The notes below the pieces were generated by a model that was not told the DNA's origin, did no database searches, and worked only from the letters and a program-made list of their open reading frames with translations. Shown here piece by piece: positions 40,796 through 55,574 of a DNA stretch of 64,000 nucleotides. Source of the stretch: Emiliania huxleyi CCMP1516 (Eukaryota); the NCBI RefSeq assembly GCF_000372725.1, contig NW_005201123.1, forward strand, positions 1 through 64,000, written 5' to 3'. The translations under genes were made by a program, and so were the position numbers. Within the stretch, counting starts at the first letter, position 1; the number at the start of each line of letters is the position of its first letter.

Positions 40796-41573
40796 GACTA
40801 GGTCCAGCCCTGGGTGGCGCAGGTTGTGACATTTGGCGATTCCGCGACTTACTGGGCCCCTGAGCCGCTACCCGTGTGCGATTTTTTGTGGCCCGGGCAT
40901 GATACTGATAGTAAACGGGTCAGAACCGGCCAAACACAGGCTACAGCCCCACACACGCGCCCGCCATAGCTCCTGGAGAGCATGCGCGAGTGACGCGCTA
41001 CAAGCCGCGAGAGTGGCATCAGAGGCAGGAACGACGTGCTCTTGCTGCACCTCGCAGCTGCACCGAGTGTGCTCGCAGTGTATGCCACGGCCACCGCCTG
41101 CGGCATTGCTCTCGTGCAGCTAGGCGACGCAGGTCCATCAGCAGGGCTCATCCAATGCGAGCGCACATTGTGCGTAGCCGCGGGCAGGTGGCAGTGCACA
41201 GCCGCACACCGGCTGTGGCGGCTCGTATGCCCCCGGCAGTGCTGCTAGTCATTAACTTGCGTATTAGGGCCGCAGCAGACTGCTGCTGTGGCAACAGCAG
41301 CAGCCTGCTGCTGCCTGATTCAGTCAAGCCAGCGGTGCAGCGAGGCGTGCAGAATTCGCGTGGTTTTGTCCCTCCTGAGGCTGAGCGCATTCGAGCCCTT
41401 CGACCGGAGTTGGATGGTACCACGCGTCTCACTGAGACGCGGGGTACTGGCCATGGCCGGACTACGGAGCGTGAGGTGGCGAGCGGAGCGAGCGACAAAA
41501 CAACGAGAAAAACTCGGATCTGACGATTGTCACAGAACGTCAGATCTTGCGCCACCCAGGGCTGGACCTAGTC
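40796..41573. mobile_element. Non-autonomous TIR element (MITE), 778 bp, 26-bp perfect TIR, 4-bp TSD CTGC
   Basis: GACTAGGTCCAGCCCTGGGTGGCGCA at 40796-40821 and its exact reverse complement at 41548-41573; CTGC on both flanks. Confidence 0.92.
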
Positions 41574-41690
41574 CTGCAAATGCCCACACAAATATGTGCC
41601 CACCTACACGCACGTACAAACATGCAAACTCTCGCGCACGCCAGGCGCACGCCCTAAAGCCGCTGACACAAACAATGTGCAAACCGCACC

Positions 41691-42455
41691 TCAGCCCTGC
41701 GTGCGGTTCCCCTTGAGCGCCGCCACCGTCCCCTTCAGCTCCGCCACCTGGTCGAGCGCGTCGCCGAGCAGCCCCTTGGCCACGCCGAGGTCGCGCAGCT
41801 GCTCCACGCCGCCGCTCGCCCGCACCTCGGCGGCGTTGTCGGCCACGTAGCGGCGGCACTGCGCGAGGAGCCGCCCGTCGCCCAGCGTGTGCGCCGCCTC
41901 GAGCAGCGGCACGGCGGTCGCCGGCCCCACGCTCTCCTGCAGCGCCTGCGCGCAGAGCAGCTCGAGGCGCCGCACCTGGTACATCTGCGCCAGCTCCCGC
42001 AGGTCGAGCGCGCGCTGCGCTCTGCCGCCCTCCTCCTCGCCGAGGTCGAGCTGGTCGGTGCAGAGGTAGCGGACGAGGGCGGTGAAGGTGGCGAGGTCGG
42101 TGTTGGACACCGTGACCTCGGCGGCGTCGCGCTCCTTCATGCCGATGCCGAACATGGTCCGAAAGAACACGGACCGAATGCGAAGCACGTTCTTGCTCAC
42201 GCTTTCGAGGCGCTCCTCGTCATCGCCGACGATGAAGGTGACCTTGCCCTCTGGGAGGGAGGCGTCGCCACAAGTCTTTCCGAGGTCTGCCACCAGGGTC
42301 GAGGGCGGCACCACAATCGGCGCGAAGGTGGGAGGCGGAGGAGGCGCCGACACGCAGACCTGGCGGAGGGAGGGCCCCGAGCAAACCAGAAGAGCGCTGC
42401 CATCGGGACTGATGGCGACGCCGCATGGGTAGTGGAACTGCGCCGCGCCGCCGAC
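41691..42455 (-). pseudogene. NHL-repeat remnant plus BTB/BACK domain, 5'-truncated
   Basis: AQFHYPCGVAISPDG; VTFIVG..KNVLRIRSVFFRTMF..MKE..FTALVRYLCTD..AQMYQVRRLELLC. Confidence 0.85.
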
Positions 42456-42744
42456 GCCACAAACAAAGAAAAACACCCCCTCCAGGCCGCGAACAAAGAA
42501 AATCCTTGCGCGCAGGTAAGTGGTGGGGCTATCTGGTATCTGGATTTTTTCTTTTCTTTCTGGTGGTACAAGGGAGGGCGACCCTCGCTCGCATCTCCAC
42601 ACCCGGACGGACACGGGCAGGAAGGAGCCCCACGGCATTCAATCAAAGTGCAAGCATTGGCCCGGTCGGTGCACGTGGGCGAGCAGCCTCCCCCTCCCTC
42701 CCGAGCTCCCGACAAACCAACTCCCGCACATACACACAATCGGC

Positions 42745-43122
42745 ATGCTCTGGTCCTTCTCGCCGTCGGCCGAGGCGCACCGCCTGGTCCTCGACCACCG
42801 TCTCAACCTCACCATCAGGCCCGTGGAGCACACGGCCTCCTCTCGTCGAACCGCCGACTGCTCGGCCGGCGTCGTGCACCCAAGCCGCCAGGTCTGCTGC
42901 AACGCTGCGTGCGGGCTGTGCGGCGGACGAGGCTGCTCCGGTCGGCCCGGCGGGCCACGCAAGTGCTGCATGCCCGCTATTTTGCGCACGGGTCGGGTCT
43001 GCGAATCAGGGGCGGACGTGGCCTGCATCCTGCGCCTAGTTGCTGCCGCGTCAGCGGATACGCAGTCCTGCCTTGGAGGGGATGAGGTCTTCGTGTTGCT
43101 CAGCGCACAGCGGAAGCCGGAA
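42745..43122 (+). pseudogene. Cys-rich extracellular-type module, cut by the copia fragment
   Basis: VCCNAACGLCGGRGCSGRPGGPRKCCMPAILRTGRVC. Confidence 0.45.
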
Positions 43123-43895
43123 TTGTAATCACGGGCGGCGGCGATGGCGAGTACGAGTCGGATAGTAAGGGCCTTGACGACGGTAGCGAAGACGCGATTG
43201 AAGTCGACACCATGCTTCTGAGTGTTGCCGTCGGCGACAAGGCGTGCCTTGAACTTGTCGATTGAACCGTCAGCCTTGCGCTTGATTGCAAATACAAAGT
43301 GGCAGTGCATAATATTGGCGGCGGCAGGAATCGAAACAATCGGTACAAGGTCCCAGGTGTCGAGGGCAATGAGACCAGAAAGTTCCTTGTTAATAGCCTC
43401 GCGCCATTGCTCGACTTGAGGGCTAGACATGGCCTGCCGGTAGCTTTTAGGCACTCGTAGTGCACCCTGATCGGCGGTGAGGGTAACTGCGTATGCAGTG
43501 CAGGCAATCCGAGCGGCGGCGATGAGTGAGAATTCGTTGCCAATAGGATCGTAAGTGTCGAAAGCGGTGTCGACGGATCCAAGGCAATCGGCGAAGGCTA
43601 AGAAATCGGCGGCACATGATTCGCAGTAGACGGCATTGGAGATGAGGGCGGCAGACATGTTGACGGCGAGGCACGCAGTAGGAACGACGTAGTAACTCAG
43701 GAACGAGCAAGCAAAATGACCAAGCTCCCTAAGGCGTGCAGAGCGGCGCAAAGGCTGTCGAGGCTCAAGGTCAGGCATAGGAATCGGTTCCGTAGCGCGC
43801 GGCGAGGCGGCCGCGGGAAACGTCGGCGGGGACCTCGATGGTGGATGCCTCAGCCCCTCCTGAACTGGCGGCGGCAGGCGTGTTAGGTGGCGCAT
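43123..43895 (-). mobile_element. Ty1/copia reverse transcriptase fragment
   Basis: VPKSYRQAMSS..WREAINKELSGL..TWDLV..KRKADGSIDKFKARLVADGNTQKHGVDF..TIRLVLAIAA. Truncated before YVDD. Confidence 0.95.
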
Positions 43896-44432
43896 CATGC
43901 GGCGTCGCCGAATCGGTAAACGCGCCCCGAGTCCTGATGGTCAAGTTCGTCGCCCACGTCAATGGTCGCGAAGGGCTCCCAGCCCCAGTCCCGCAGGAGG
44001 TAATGAATGCATCCGCTCGAAAAGGGTGATCCGATCCGCGGCTTTGCTCTCCACCTCGAGCAGCCATCTCTGCCCCGCGATACCTCCTGAGGTGTGTCGC
44101 CATAGCTGCGGGCGGGGCGCATGAGGAAAGGGGGCATCGGCGGGGGTTTACTTACGTTACGTGTACGAGTTAGTTGGTGTACCGCGGTAATCGAGAATAC
44201 CAGTTACAATAACCACTCGCTTGCTTTTTTTCGCTCCAGGCCGAGCGTTTTTGATCTCTGGGTAAGTGGCCACCTCGGAGGTGATGATCGTGACTGTTTT
44301 GTTGCCGTGACTGACGATCATCGATCCCCCGTTGACTTTTTCCGGTAGACGCCAGCCTCAAAGACTTTGGTTTCTTTGCCTTAAGTGGCGCCCTGCTTCG
44401 ACCTGCCAGCCGTCGAGCTTCTGCCCGGCCAA

Positions 44433-46712
<2,280 letters not shown>

Positions 46713-46920
46713 AAGACCACTGTGGTCGGTATGTTACTGGTCATATGAGGTGCGGACCCGCAGTGCGAGTTGCAGACCCGGAGGGTCCTCCTACTAAACT
46801 GTACGGGGTGTGGACCGTGAGTTGACCAGGGGTTGTGCGCCGGGCCCTCCTGCTCGGCTCCAGCCAGTAGACAAGTCTTGTCACTAAGAGAGTAGAAGGA
46901 TCTGACCTCGGGGCCGATGT

Positions 46921-48314
46921 GGCATCTCTAGCAGCGTCGTTACGCATGCGCCCTCCCCTCCTGGGCGCATGCGCCTCACGTCTCGCCAGAGCATTAACCC
47001 CTAAACGGCTGCGGCTCCCATATGGGAGCTTCGCCCAATTCTGTGAAAGAGAAGCTGACCCTGCTGGTCGCAGCGACGGCCGATCCAGTAGTCGTCTGCG
47101 ACATGGCAGTGGCCCCGGTTCATGTGCAGCTGGTCCCGAGCGGCTCAGGTCCCAGATCGAATCTCGGACCCACAGATTCTAGATTCCTTTAGATTCCCTG
47201 GATTCCCGCAACAGCGATCTCTTAGCGGCGGCAAACAGAGGCGCAACTCTGCCAGCAGCGAGGAGGCTCCTGCTGCTCAGCTACCGAGGCCTGGTGGCGT
47301 CGGCTGCTGCGTGGAGAAGACAGCAGCACTGTCCGACCTCAAAACATGCACAACAAGCGGGATTTGTGACTCTGTCCTCGATTCTTCAGTCGCTCTGCCG
47401 GACGCGCTCGCTTTGTCGCGAGGCTCACCGGTGTAAGCCGTGTGTACGCCCAGAATAGCCTCCCCTGGCTTAGCTAGAGTGAGAGATATTGTGCACGTGG
47501 TCAGCCTCTACAATATATACACTGACACTTTACCTCCCAGAGCTCGTCTAGGTCCGCCACGGCCATCCTCAGCCTCCAAAGGGCCCCTGGCCGCGGCGCG
47601 GTGCGGCGGCGTCACAAATCCGACGTCAGTTCACCGGGACGCGATCGGGCGATCTGAAGTCCAACTAGGCGTATGGATTGCCCGCCCAGGGCTATCACCT
47701 GGACCCCTCAATGGACGCCTGCGGTGCCGCCCCCACGAGGTGTTGTTCACACCTGTCCAACCATTCGTGCAGCAGGAACGCGCTGTGTGTGGCTGGCAGC
47801 AAACTCAAATGACGACGGGTTGCAGCCTCGTAGCTCAACGGCCACATTGTGCATGAGGAAGGCTGATAGAAGTAGCACCAGCCACACAACCAACAGCTTC
47901 TGGAGAGTATGCGGAGCGCAAGCAGCCGATCAAAGGCGTGTTGCTGTCGGTGGCAGATTGCCATGGGCGCATGCGCCTCACGTCTCGCGTGTGAGTGAGT
48001 GAGTATTCTTGATACGAAACCACGACGACACACACCAGTCGACTCGTATCGGTTGCCTCCATGAACAGCCGAGCTATTGTCGCGTCCACACCACACAAAA
48101 CACCTCTCCGACGCGCTCGACTATAGTCTACGTGGCGAGAGAGAGTTTTTGGCCATCGCCCATACATAGGTCATAGCTGGGGACACTACTAGGTAGGTCA
48201 CGCATGGCTTCAGAAGTTTTATCTCTGGGCCCCGAAAGGCATCTCTAGCAGCGTCGTTACGCATGCGCCCTCCCCTCCTGGGCGCATGCGCCTCACGTCT
48301 CGCCAGAGCATTAA
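46921..48314. repeat. Identical 77-bp direct repeats (46921-46997 and 48238-48314) around a 1.24-kb segment
   Basis: GGCATCTCTAGCAGCGTCGTTACGCATGCGCCC-TCCCCTCCT-GGGCGCATGCG...GAGCATTAA occurs twice; partial third copy near 47965. Confidence 0.9.
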
Positions 48315-48424
48315 GCCCTTGGTGTGCCACAGACGATTTTTTCGCCATCGCCGCGAGCAAGCCGCCCGCCGCAAACAGCCGGAGGCATCAGTGGGCGCTG
48401 TCAGAGCGGTGTTTCGACACCGAT

Positions 48425-49809
48425 ATGCCGCTCGACGCGAAAGGCCGACAAAAAATTGCGAGCACGAACCCTGATTCGGCCGAGGAGGCCTCGCTGCTCG
48501 AGAAGGCCGCCGCTTCTGACGACCCCAGCGTGCTAGCGGGCGAGGCTCGCCCGTCGCCGAGCCCTCTGCTGCTGCCCGCTCGCGGCGTCTTTGCCGCCTT
48601 CGTCCTCCTTGTCGTGATCATCGGCTGGCTCTCGGCCCGGTACGGCCCGCCAGCCAAAGAGCGGCGACCGGCGGGCTCCGTCGGCGAGATCGTTTATTCG
48701 GCGAGTCGGAAGGCGCTCGGCGGCGGGCTGTCCGGCGCGGCGGCGGGCGTAGCGCAGGTGATCTTGCTGATGTGGCTGCGCACGACGATGAACTACCAGT
48801 ATCGGCACGGCTCATCCACATGCGCCGCGATGCGGACGCTTTACGCGCATGGCGGCGTCTCGCGCTTCTACCAGGGCCTGCCGTACGCGCTGCTGCAGAC
48901 GCCGCTCTCGCGCTTTGGCGACACAGCAGCAAACACAGGCGTCCTCGCGCTCCTCTCGTCGACCGCTGCCGGCGGCGCCCTACCCGTCGCGCTGCGCACT
49001 GCGCTGGCGAGCAGCCGCTGTCCCGCGCGTGGCGCAATCCCTTCCCCCAAAGTGTCTCGGAAGTTTGCCGCAGGCGAGCGCAGCGGCGGCGCTGTGGCGC
49101 GTGGCAATCACGCCGCTCGACACGCTCAAGACGGCGCTTCAGGTGGAGGGGAGGGGCGCGTATGAGCTGCTGCTGCGCCGCGCGAAGCAGAACGGCGCCT
49201 GTGAGCTTTGGGCCGGCGCGCTCGCGTCTGCGGCGGCCAATTTTGTGCCAAGAGTTGTTCGGAGATTCTGGTCGCCGCCGGGTGATTGTCTCGTCAGCCC
49301 GTGCGGCTGTGGACAGGTGGGAGGCTACCCGTGGTTCCTCACCTTCAACGCGCTCGACGAGCTGCTGCCGAGGGCGGAGCCGGCGGGACGCGCCAGCGCG
49401 GCTCGGCCAATTGCTTGATCTGTCCGCACGACATGTCCGAGCCATGTCCCACAGGCCGGGCCGCGGCTGCTGTTGCGCTCAGCAACACTCGGCGTCTGCG
49501 CCGCCGCAGTCTCGGACTGCCTCTCCAACTCCATCCGCGTGGTCAAGACGACCCGACAGACTGCGGAGGCAGGAGGCCCTCCCGCGCGGACGTAACGAGG
49601 AGAGATCCCGTGGCGATGGCGCGGGTTTGCGGTAGGCGCCTCTCTCGTACGAAGAGGCCGCGGAGTTGGTGCTGCGGCAGGACGGGCTGCGGGGGCTCCT
49701 CTGCCGCGGGCTCGGCACGCGCTTGCTGGCGAACATCGTGCAGGCCGCCCTCTTCACGGTGATATGGAAGCAGCTTGAGGCCGGGATGAGGGGACGTGGA
49801 CTCGCGTAG
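48425..49809 (+). CDS. Mitochondrial carrier family protein with an N-terminal extension (multi-exon)
   Basis: KALGGGLSGAAAG..LMWLRTTMNYQYR..RFYQG..PLSRFGDTAAN, PLDTLKTALQV, SNSIRVVKT, RGLGTRLLAN. Confidence 0.9.
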
Positions 49810-50182
49810 CGCGCAGAGAGGTGCACGATTTTATTTGTACTATCGAGAGCGCGCGACTTACGTGCACGGGCCGAGCGTTTGTGATATCTCGTCAGTGGGC
49901 GCTGGTCCTAGCGCAATAACGAAAACAAACCGCGCGAAAAACCGCGGTCACAACGTGTGTGTAAATAAAAGGTATTTTTGGCGTAGCACTGGGACTGGCC
50001 ACTGTGCACTGCCACTGCGGCACTGCCACTGGCAGTGCGGGCTGCGGCACTGGGCACTGGCAGCTCTACGAGCTAGCAGTAGCACTACGTCAGTAGCGCA
50101 TCTGCAGCTACGGCTTTAGCACTTTGGAGTATTATCTATTAAGTAAAATGAGCGGATTGAGCTCCAAGTGCGAGCGAGAGGT

Positions 50183-50328
50183 CTTGAGCACTTGAGCACT
50201 GTGCACTGGATAGGGTCGATTCCGCGTTACAGGATCGAGGTGCACGCTGCAGAGGCAGTGTCGTCCCCCCTCTCCTCGGCGGCGATGGCGGTGTGACCGA
50301 TCGAGCTACAAGAGGAGCTTGTTCAGCA
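50183..50328 (-). mobile_element. Family B1 copy with an internal deletion
   Basis: TTGAGCACTTGAGCACT..GGATAGGGTCGATTCCGC..TACAGGATCGAGGTGCACGCTG..GCTACAAGAGGAGCTTGTTCAGCA. Confidence 0.8.
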
Positions 50329-50713
50329 CGATCAGGGTGGCTGGTCGAGCAGTTCGCTCACTTCCTCAAAGCTCAATGGGTGAGCTTCAGATCTCATGGC
50401 CCTATATACCCTCGAGAGGTCTCAAAGAGGATCAAACAGCTCAAAGGAAACGCGACCAAACATCTTTCATTATTCAAACACACAGTGACCAATATATACG
50501 CCTCTCAGCGACACAATAAAAAAGCGGACAGTCGCCAGTCAGAGCCGAGCGGAGCACGTGCCCACCTGCTTGCACTAACCTCGTGTCGCTCTCCCACACA
50601 CGGCGACGCGCGCTCAGAGAGCACTAGCGCGCCGGAGGCTCATGTCAACCCCCCCTCACCCCTAATGTACAAAAGGCGGCAGGGACTTGCCCTAACCCCC
50701 CCCCGGATCCGCC

Positions 50714-53700
50714 CTATGCCACCTCGATGGCGTCGGGCACCTTGCGGCGGGTGGTGTTCGAGTTGTACGGCGTGTGCGGCACCGCGCGCCCGTCGGCGGG
50801 TGAGGAGCGGGGGCCAACGGTGGCGAGGAGGGGCATGAGGAAGAGCAAGGCCCAGAGGTAGGCGAACGTGATGGTCAGGAGGAAGAAGTAGCCAAACTTG
50901 GAGAGGAACTGCAGCTGGCACGACGCCAGCGCGAGCGCCGCGACGAAGCTGGTCAGCATGCCCCAGAAGACGGAGATGCCCATGTCGCGCAGCGCGTCGT
51001 GCGTGCGCTCGAGCGGCGAGTGCGAGGTGGACTCCATGTACGAGTGGCTGAGGTGGACGACGTAGTCGACGGCGAAGCCGGTCAGGGTCATCAGGCAAAT
51101 GGCCTCGCTGGAGCCGAGCTCCCAGCCCATCGCGACGGTGATGCCAATCACAGTGACGAGGGCGCACGCGATGGAGAGGACGGAGATGGAGGCGGCGAGG
51201 AGGTTGCGGGTGGAGAGCACGAGGACGACGAAGGCGATGCTGATGCCGATGACGACGCCGACGGTAGACATGCGCACGTACAGCTCCTGCAAAACCATGT
51301 TTATCCACTTGTTGTTGGCGAGCGGCTGTCCACCCGGGTCTTCGGCGCCCAGGGCCACCTGCGAGGGAGGGGAGACGGCGACGGTGGGACGCTTTGACGC
51401 CTTGCTTCTCGCCCAGAGCCTCTCGTCGCGGCGTCTCAGGTGAGCTCTCGGCCTGAAACGCGTCGCCGAGGGTCGTGCCGACCGCCTCGTTGATCTCGTC
51501 GACGAGGCCCTCGTAGTCGTCGTATTTCTCGCGGAGCTCTGACGCGGGAAGGAAGACGTTGTCGTTCATCTCGACGCCCATGACGACGCGAGTCCACGCG
51601 ATGAAGAGGTCGCCGTTCGCGTCGACCTCAAAGCCGACGTAGCGCGAGCAGTATTGCGCGGTGTCCCCGTCTGCGTCACGTGCGTCTATGGCGTTGCACC
51701 ATTCTTTGACCGCCGTGACCACGCCAGTGTCGGGGACGGGGAAGATCTTGCTGTGGGTGTTGCGCCAGTCTTTGAAGTCGCGCACCCAGCAGTCGATGTC
51801 CTTCTCCAGGCCGCCCTCGTCGGTTTTTCTGTCGAAGACGAGATTCGAATTCTCGAGCAGGTCGCACGCGCTCAGCAGTCCTGACTGCGCCGACTCGTCA
51901 AGGACCTATGGGACGCGTCACGGACGTGTCGTGGACGTGGCTTGGTGTGCGCCGTCCCTCCCCTCCGCACGGCCCGTCGAGCACCCAGTCGGGGCTGAAG
52001 GCGAGGCGGCCCTTGTTTTGAGGGTCAAAGAGCCGGTTGACGCCTTCCATGTCGAGCGGCTTGTCCTCAAAGCCCCACACGACGCTGAGCTTCACGGGCT
52101 CGTCCTCATTCGAAACCTCGAACTCGGCGCTCAAGTCGAAGAAGCGCTGGAACGGATGGCCGTCGGGCAAAAGCTGGGCCGCATCCTTCTGCGGCTCGAG
52201 CTGCGACGCCTGCCACGCCATCGGCGCGAGCACCGCGAGCATGATCACCACGGACGCTGCACGCGCCGGAGGGCGCCGGATGATGCTAAAGGGAAACACG
52301 TCCTCGAAGAAGGTGACGAGGCGCGGCTTGGCCACCTGGTCGGCGCCGCCGCGCTCGGCGACCGCCGTCGTCGTCTCGAGCTTCGAGGAGGAGGCGCAGA
52401 GCGCGTCGCAGCCGCCCTTGCGGCACCCCTGCTGCGTGTCCGCCGTACCGCAGCAGGCGCAGCAGAGGCCCGGCTTCATCTCGAAGTGGTTGTGGTACAG
52501 CACCATGATTGCGGTGAGAAACGTCATCACGAGCACGTAGTCGATGAAGATGACGAAGGCCGTGAAGATTCCGAACAGCTGCAGGTCGGGCACCTGCCAT
52601 GACGAGGCCGCCGTCGCGAGGAACGCGGCGCACGTCGTGAGCGACGTGATGAGCATGGCGAGGCCCGCGCGGCGGTAGACCCACGACATGCGTGTCGCCA
52701 GGTTGCGGTTGACCTCGGTACCCGCGTAGAAGGACTGTGCCGGGATGTGTCGGGGATGTCGGGGACGTGTCGGGGACATGTCGGGCGATGCCAGGGGCGT
52801 GTCGCGGACGTGTCGGGCAATGTCAGGGACGTGTGGAGTCGATGCCAGGGACCTGCTTCCACGCGTCGACAAAGACAAAGGTGTCGTCGGCGCCGATGGC
52901 GAGCACGATGTAGATGGAGAGGAAGAACTGGAACGAGAGCCACTTGATCTGCAGCACCACCGCCGTGAAGAAGACGGCGGCGCCGAAGGAAAGGAGTTGC
53001 TCGGTGAGGGTGGCAAAGGCGATCAGGAGCGAGCCGGTGTGCAGCCTGTGGCGGGGGCGGGGGGCGGGGGACGGTAACGGCGTATTTGGAGGTGTCGGTA
53101 AGCGGGGGAGTGTCTGGGGAGGTGAGGTACGCGGGGGAGTTTCTCGGAGGTATCGGCACCAGACGATGAGGAAGACGACGACGATTGGGAAAAGGGCGAG
53201 AAGGCCGTCTTGGATGGCGATTGCGAGAAGCTCGTTGAGGAGGATGTCCCCAAGAGTGATAATGGCGGACGGCTCGATCTCGTTCCACGAGAGGCGGCCG
53301 TTCTTCGAGTAGAGGCCTCGCATGTCCTCTTCCTTCCACCAGTCCGTCACCAGTTTGTCCTGGTCGTCCTTGAGGCCGCTCTCGATGTAGTTGTCGAACC
53401 CCGCCAGCGGCGCGCCTAGAGGAGAAACCGAGCCCAGATGGATGCTCCTCGCTGCAGCAGGTAGGGAGTGTGGTGGAGGAGCTACGCGAATCTGGTCGGG
53501 GTGGAGAGGGGGGGGGGGAGGGGGGCAGCGCGCCGAACTGGTAGAAGCTGCGCGTGTAGCGCGAGCGCGGGTTGTCTTCGCCGTAGGCGGAGTCGAAGAA
53601 GAAGTTGACGAGCCCGCCCGTCTGCGAGTCCGAGAGGGCCTTGCTCCCGCGCACCTAAGGTGAGACACGACAACCTTCTCCACACACCCACAAGGGCAAA

Positions 53701-55157
53701 CAAGGGATGGCGGGGCAAAACGCACAGGCAGAGCGTCTCCACGTCCGATGACAGGAGCCGCACGGCAGGTAGAGTGCAAGGCGCAGCAGCGCACTGTGTG
53801 CGTGTGAGTGTCCCGCGCACCTTTGCCACCAGCAGCTTGACCGCAGCCGCGTCCTTGGCTGTCTCCTGCCCCTCGGTTGCGCCTTCCCCGCAGCGCGTGC
53901 GCCCGTATGCCCACTGCCTGCCAATCGCCCCGTTGGGGGAGAGCTGAAGCCGCAGGTCGTTGACGGCGGTGTAGTCTGCCTCCGTGACGGTGATGTTGTT
54001 CTCATCGCTGATGGTGGCCGCGTTGTCCGTCGCGTTGCCCGTGCTGGAAGACCTGAGCTGCCACTCCATGATTATCTCGAAGTTGGGCACGTCGAAGATG
54101 GCGAGGTCGACCGACGCGGGGTCGTACGCGGGCGGGCCTGCAAACACCGTGGCGGGTGGCGCCAGCGTCTCCCTTTTCACACCGCGAGCCCCCCCGCCCC
54201 CCCCCTCCCTCTCACACCGCCAGGCAAGGGCAGCTCCGAAAGCGCAGCAGACGGCGGCGCGGCGGCGGCGGCGCGGGCGGCGGCGGCCGCCGGGCGGCGG
54301 CGGCGGCGGCGGCGGCGGCTCGAGGGGCGGCGAGGCACTCTATCTCGGCGTCTCGGCGACTCCCCCGCGCCATAAAAGAAGACGAGCGGGGTCAGAGGCG
54401 CTTTGCAAGTCGCGTCGGGCAGCACCCCGACGTCCGGCGCCTCGAAGCCTGGGCCACTCCGGAGGCAATACTGGTCGTAGTCTTTGGTTTCCATCAGCTC
54501 GACATGCATCCGGCAGAGCTCGGCGAGGCCCGCCTCGGAGAAGGAGTCGCCCCCGTCCTCGCGCGCGCCAAAGGAGAAGATCGCGTCGCCCAGCGACTCG
54601 GTCTGCTGGTCCTGCTCCGACGACAGCTCACGGCCCCGCTCGAAGGCAGTGTCGCCAGCTCCGGCACGGCCGACGTCGGCGCCATCGAAGCGCGCGGCGG
54701 CGCGCTCGAGGTGCTGCACCCCCGAGGACGAGAGGAAGCGATGCGCGCCCGTGGTGGCGCTCGGCGCGGTGAAGCGGGCGGAGAGGGCGCGGCGGCGGGT
54801 GCGGAGCGCAAAGTTCTCCTCCGACCGATCCATCGCCATGAGGACCGCGTCCGTCTGCTGCGAGATCTCATGGTAGACGGGGTAGTCCTGCTGGGGAAGG
54901 ATGTCGCTGAGCTCCCAACCTGCTCCTCCGATGCCGCGCAGCAAGTACGCCCAACCGGCGACTGTGAGGAGGATGGCGAGCGTGACGGAGCCGAGCGCGG
55001 TGAGGCAGGGGCGCCGCACGATGCATGAGACGATGCGCAGCGGAGGCTTGACCTGAAGCGAGAGGGGGCAGGGATGGAGCGTGCAGGACCGGGAGACGCG
55101 AGGCGTTTTGCACACCGTGTCGGCCGTGGGCTTGATGTCTCTGAAACAGCCCCGCAT
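50714..55157 (-). CDS. Dispatched/Patched-like RND (sterol-sensing domain) membrane protein, multi-exon
   Basis: YIVLAIGADDTFVFVDAWKQ, YRRAGLAMLITSLTT, FGIFTAFVI, GFAVDYVVHLSHSY, MGISVFWGMLTS. Confidence 0.92.
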
Positions 55158-55204
55158 CGTAACCGGAGCGTTGGTCGGAGCCAACCAAGGTGCAGAAGGT
55201 GGTC

Positions 55205-55398
55205 GGCGCTCGAAGGGGGGTGCTGAGATATTTCGCTGGCGCCGTTCATGCTGCCCGTCACCAATGAATCTGCACCTCAAGCTCGGGGAGTGGGCAACGC
55301 CCGGCATCGAATGGAAACGCCCCAGTTTTGGCTTTTCTTTCGCGAACAAGGACCTGCAACGGACCATCGGCGCCTGCAGAGACCCAAGAGGCGCTCGG
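55205..55398 (+). repeat. Repeat family H (other copies 56239-56328 with an internal deletion, and 60777-60887)
   Basis: AACGGACCATCGGCGCCTGCAGAGACCCAAGAGGCGCTCG is present in all three; GGGGAGTGGGCAACGCCCGGCATCGAATGGAAACGC in two. Confidence 0.88.
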
Positions 55399-55574
55399 AC
55401 ACACTTGAACGAAACACCGTAACATTTTTGCCCGGCCGCGCGCAGCGCTAATCGGGCGTCCTTTGCTCCTCCGCGAGCTGCTAAGGGGCCCAAAAAAGTC
55501 GGAAAGAGATGCACTCGAAGATGCAGTCGAGCCTCGTTCGAAGAATGGCCGCAGCGCCGGCGCGCAGCGCCACG

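Noticed and set aside
42639..43898. 419-aa ORF as an RT fusion protein
   Set aside because: The RT stops at ARDYN before the catalytic motifs and the rest is chance read-through into the antisense of another fragment.
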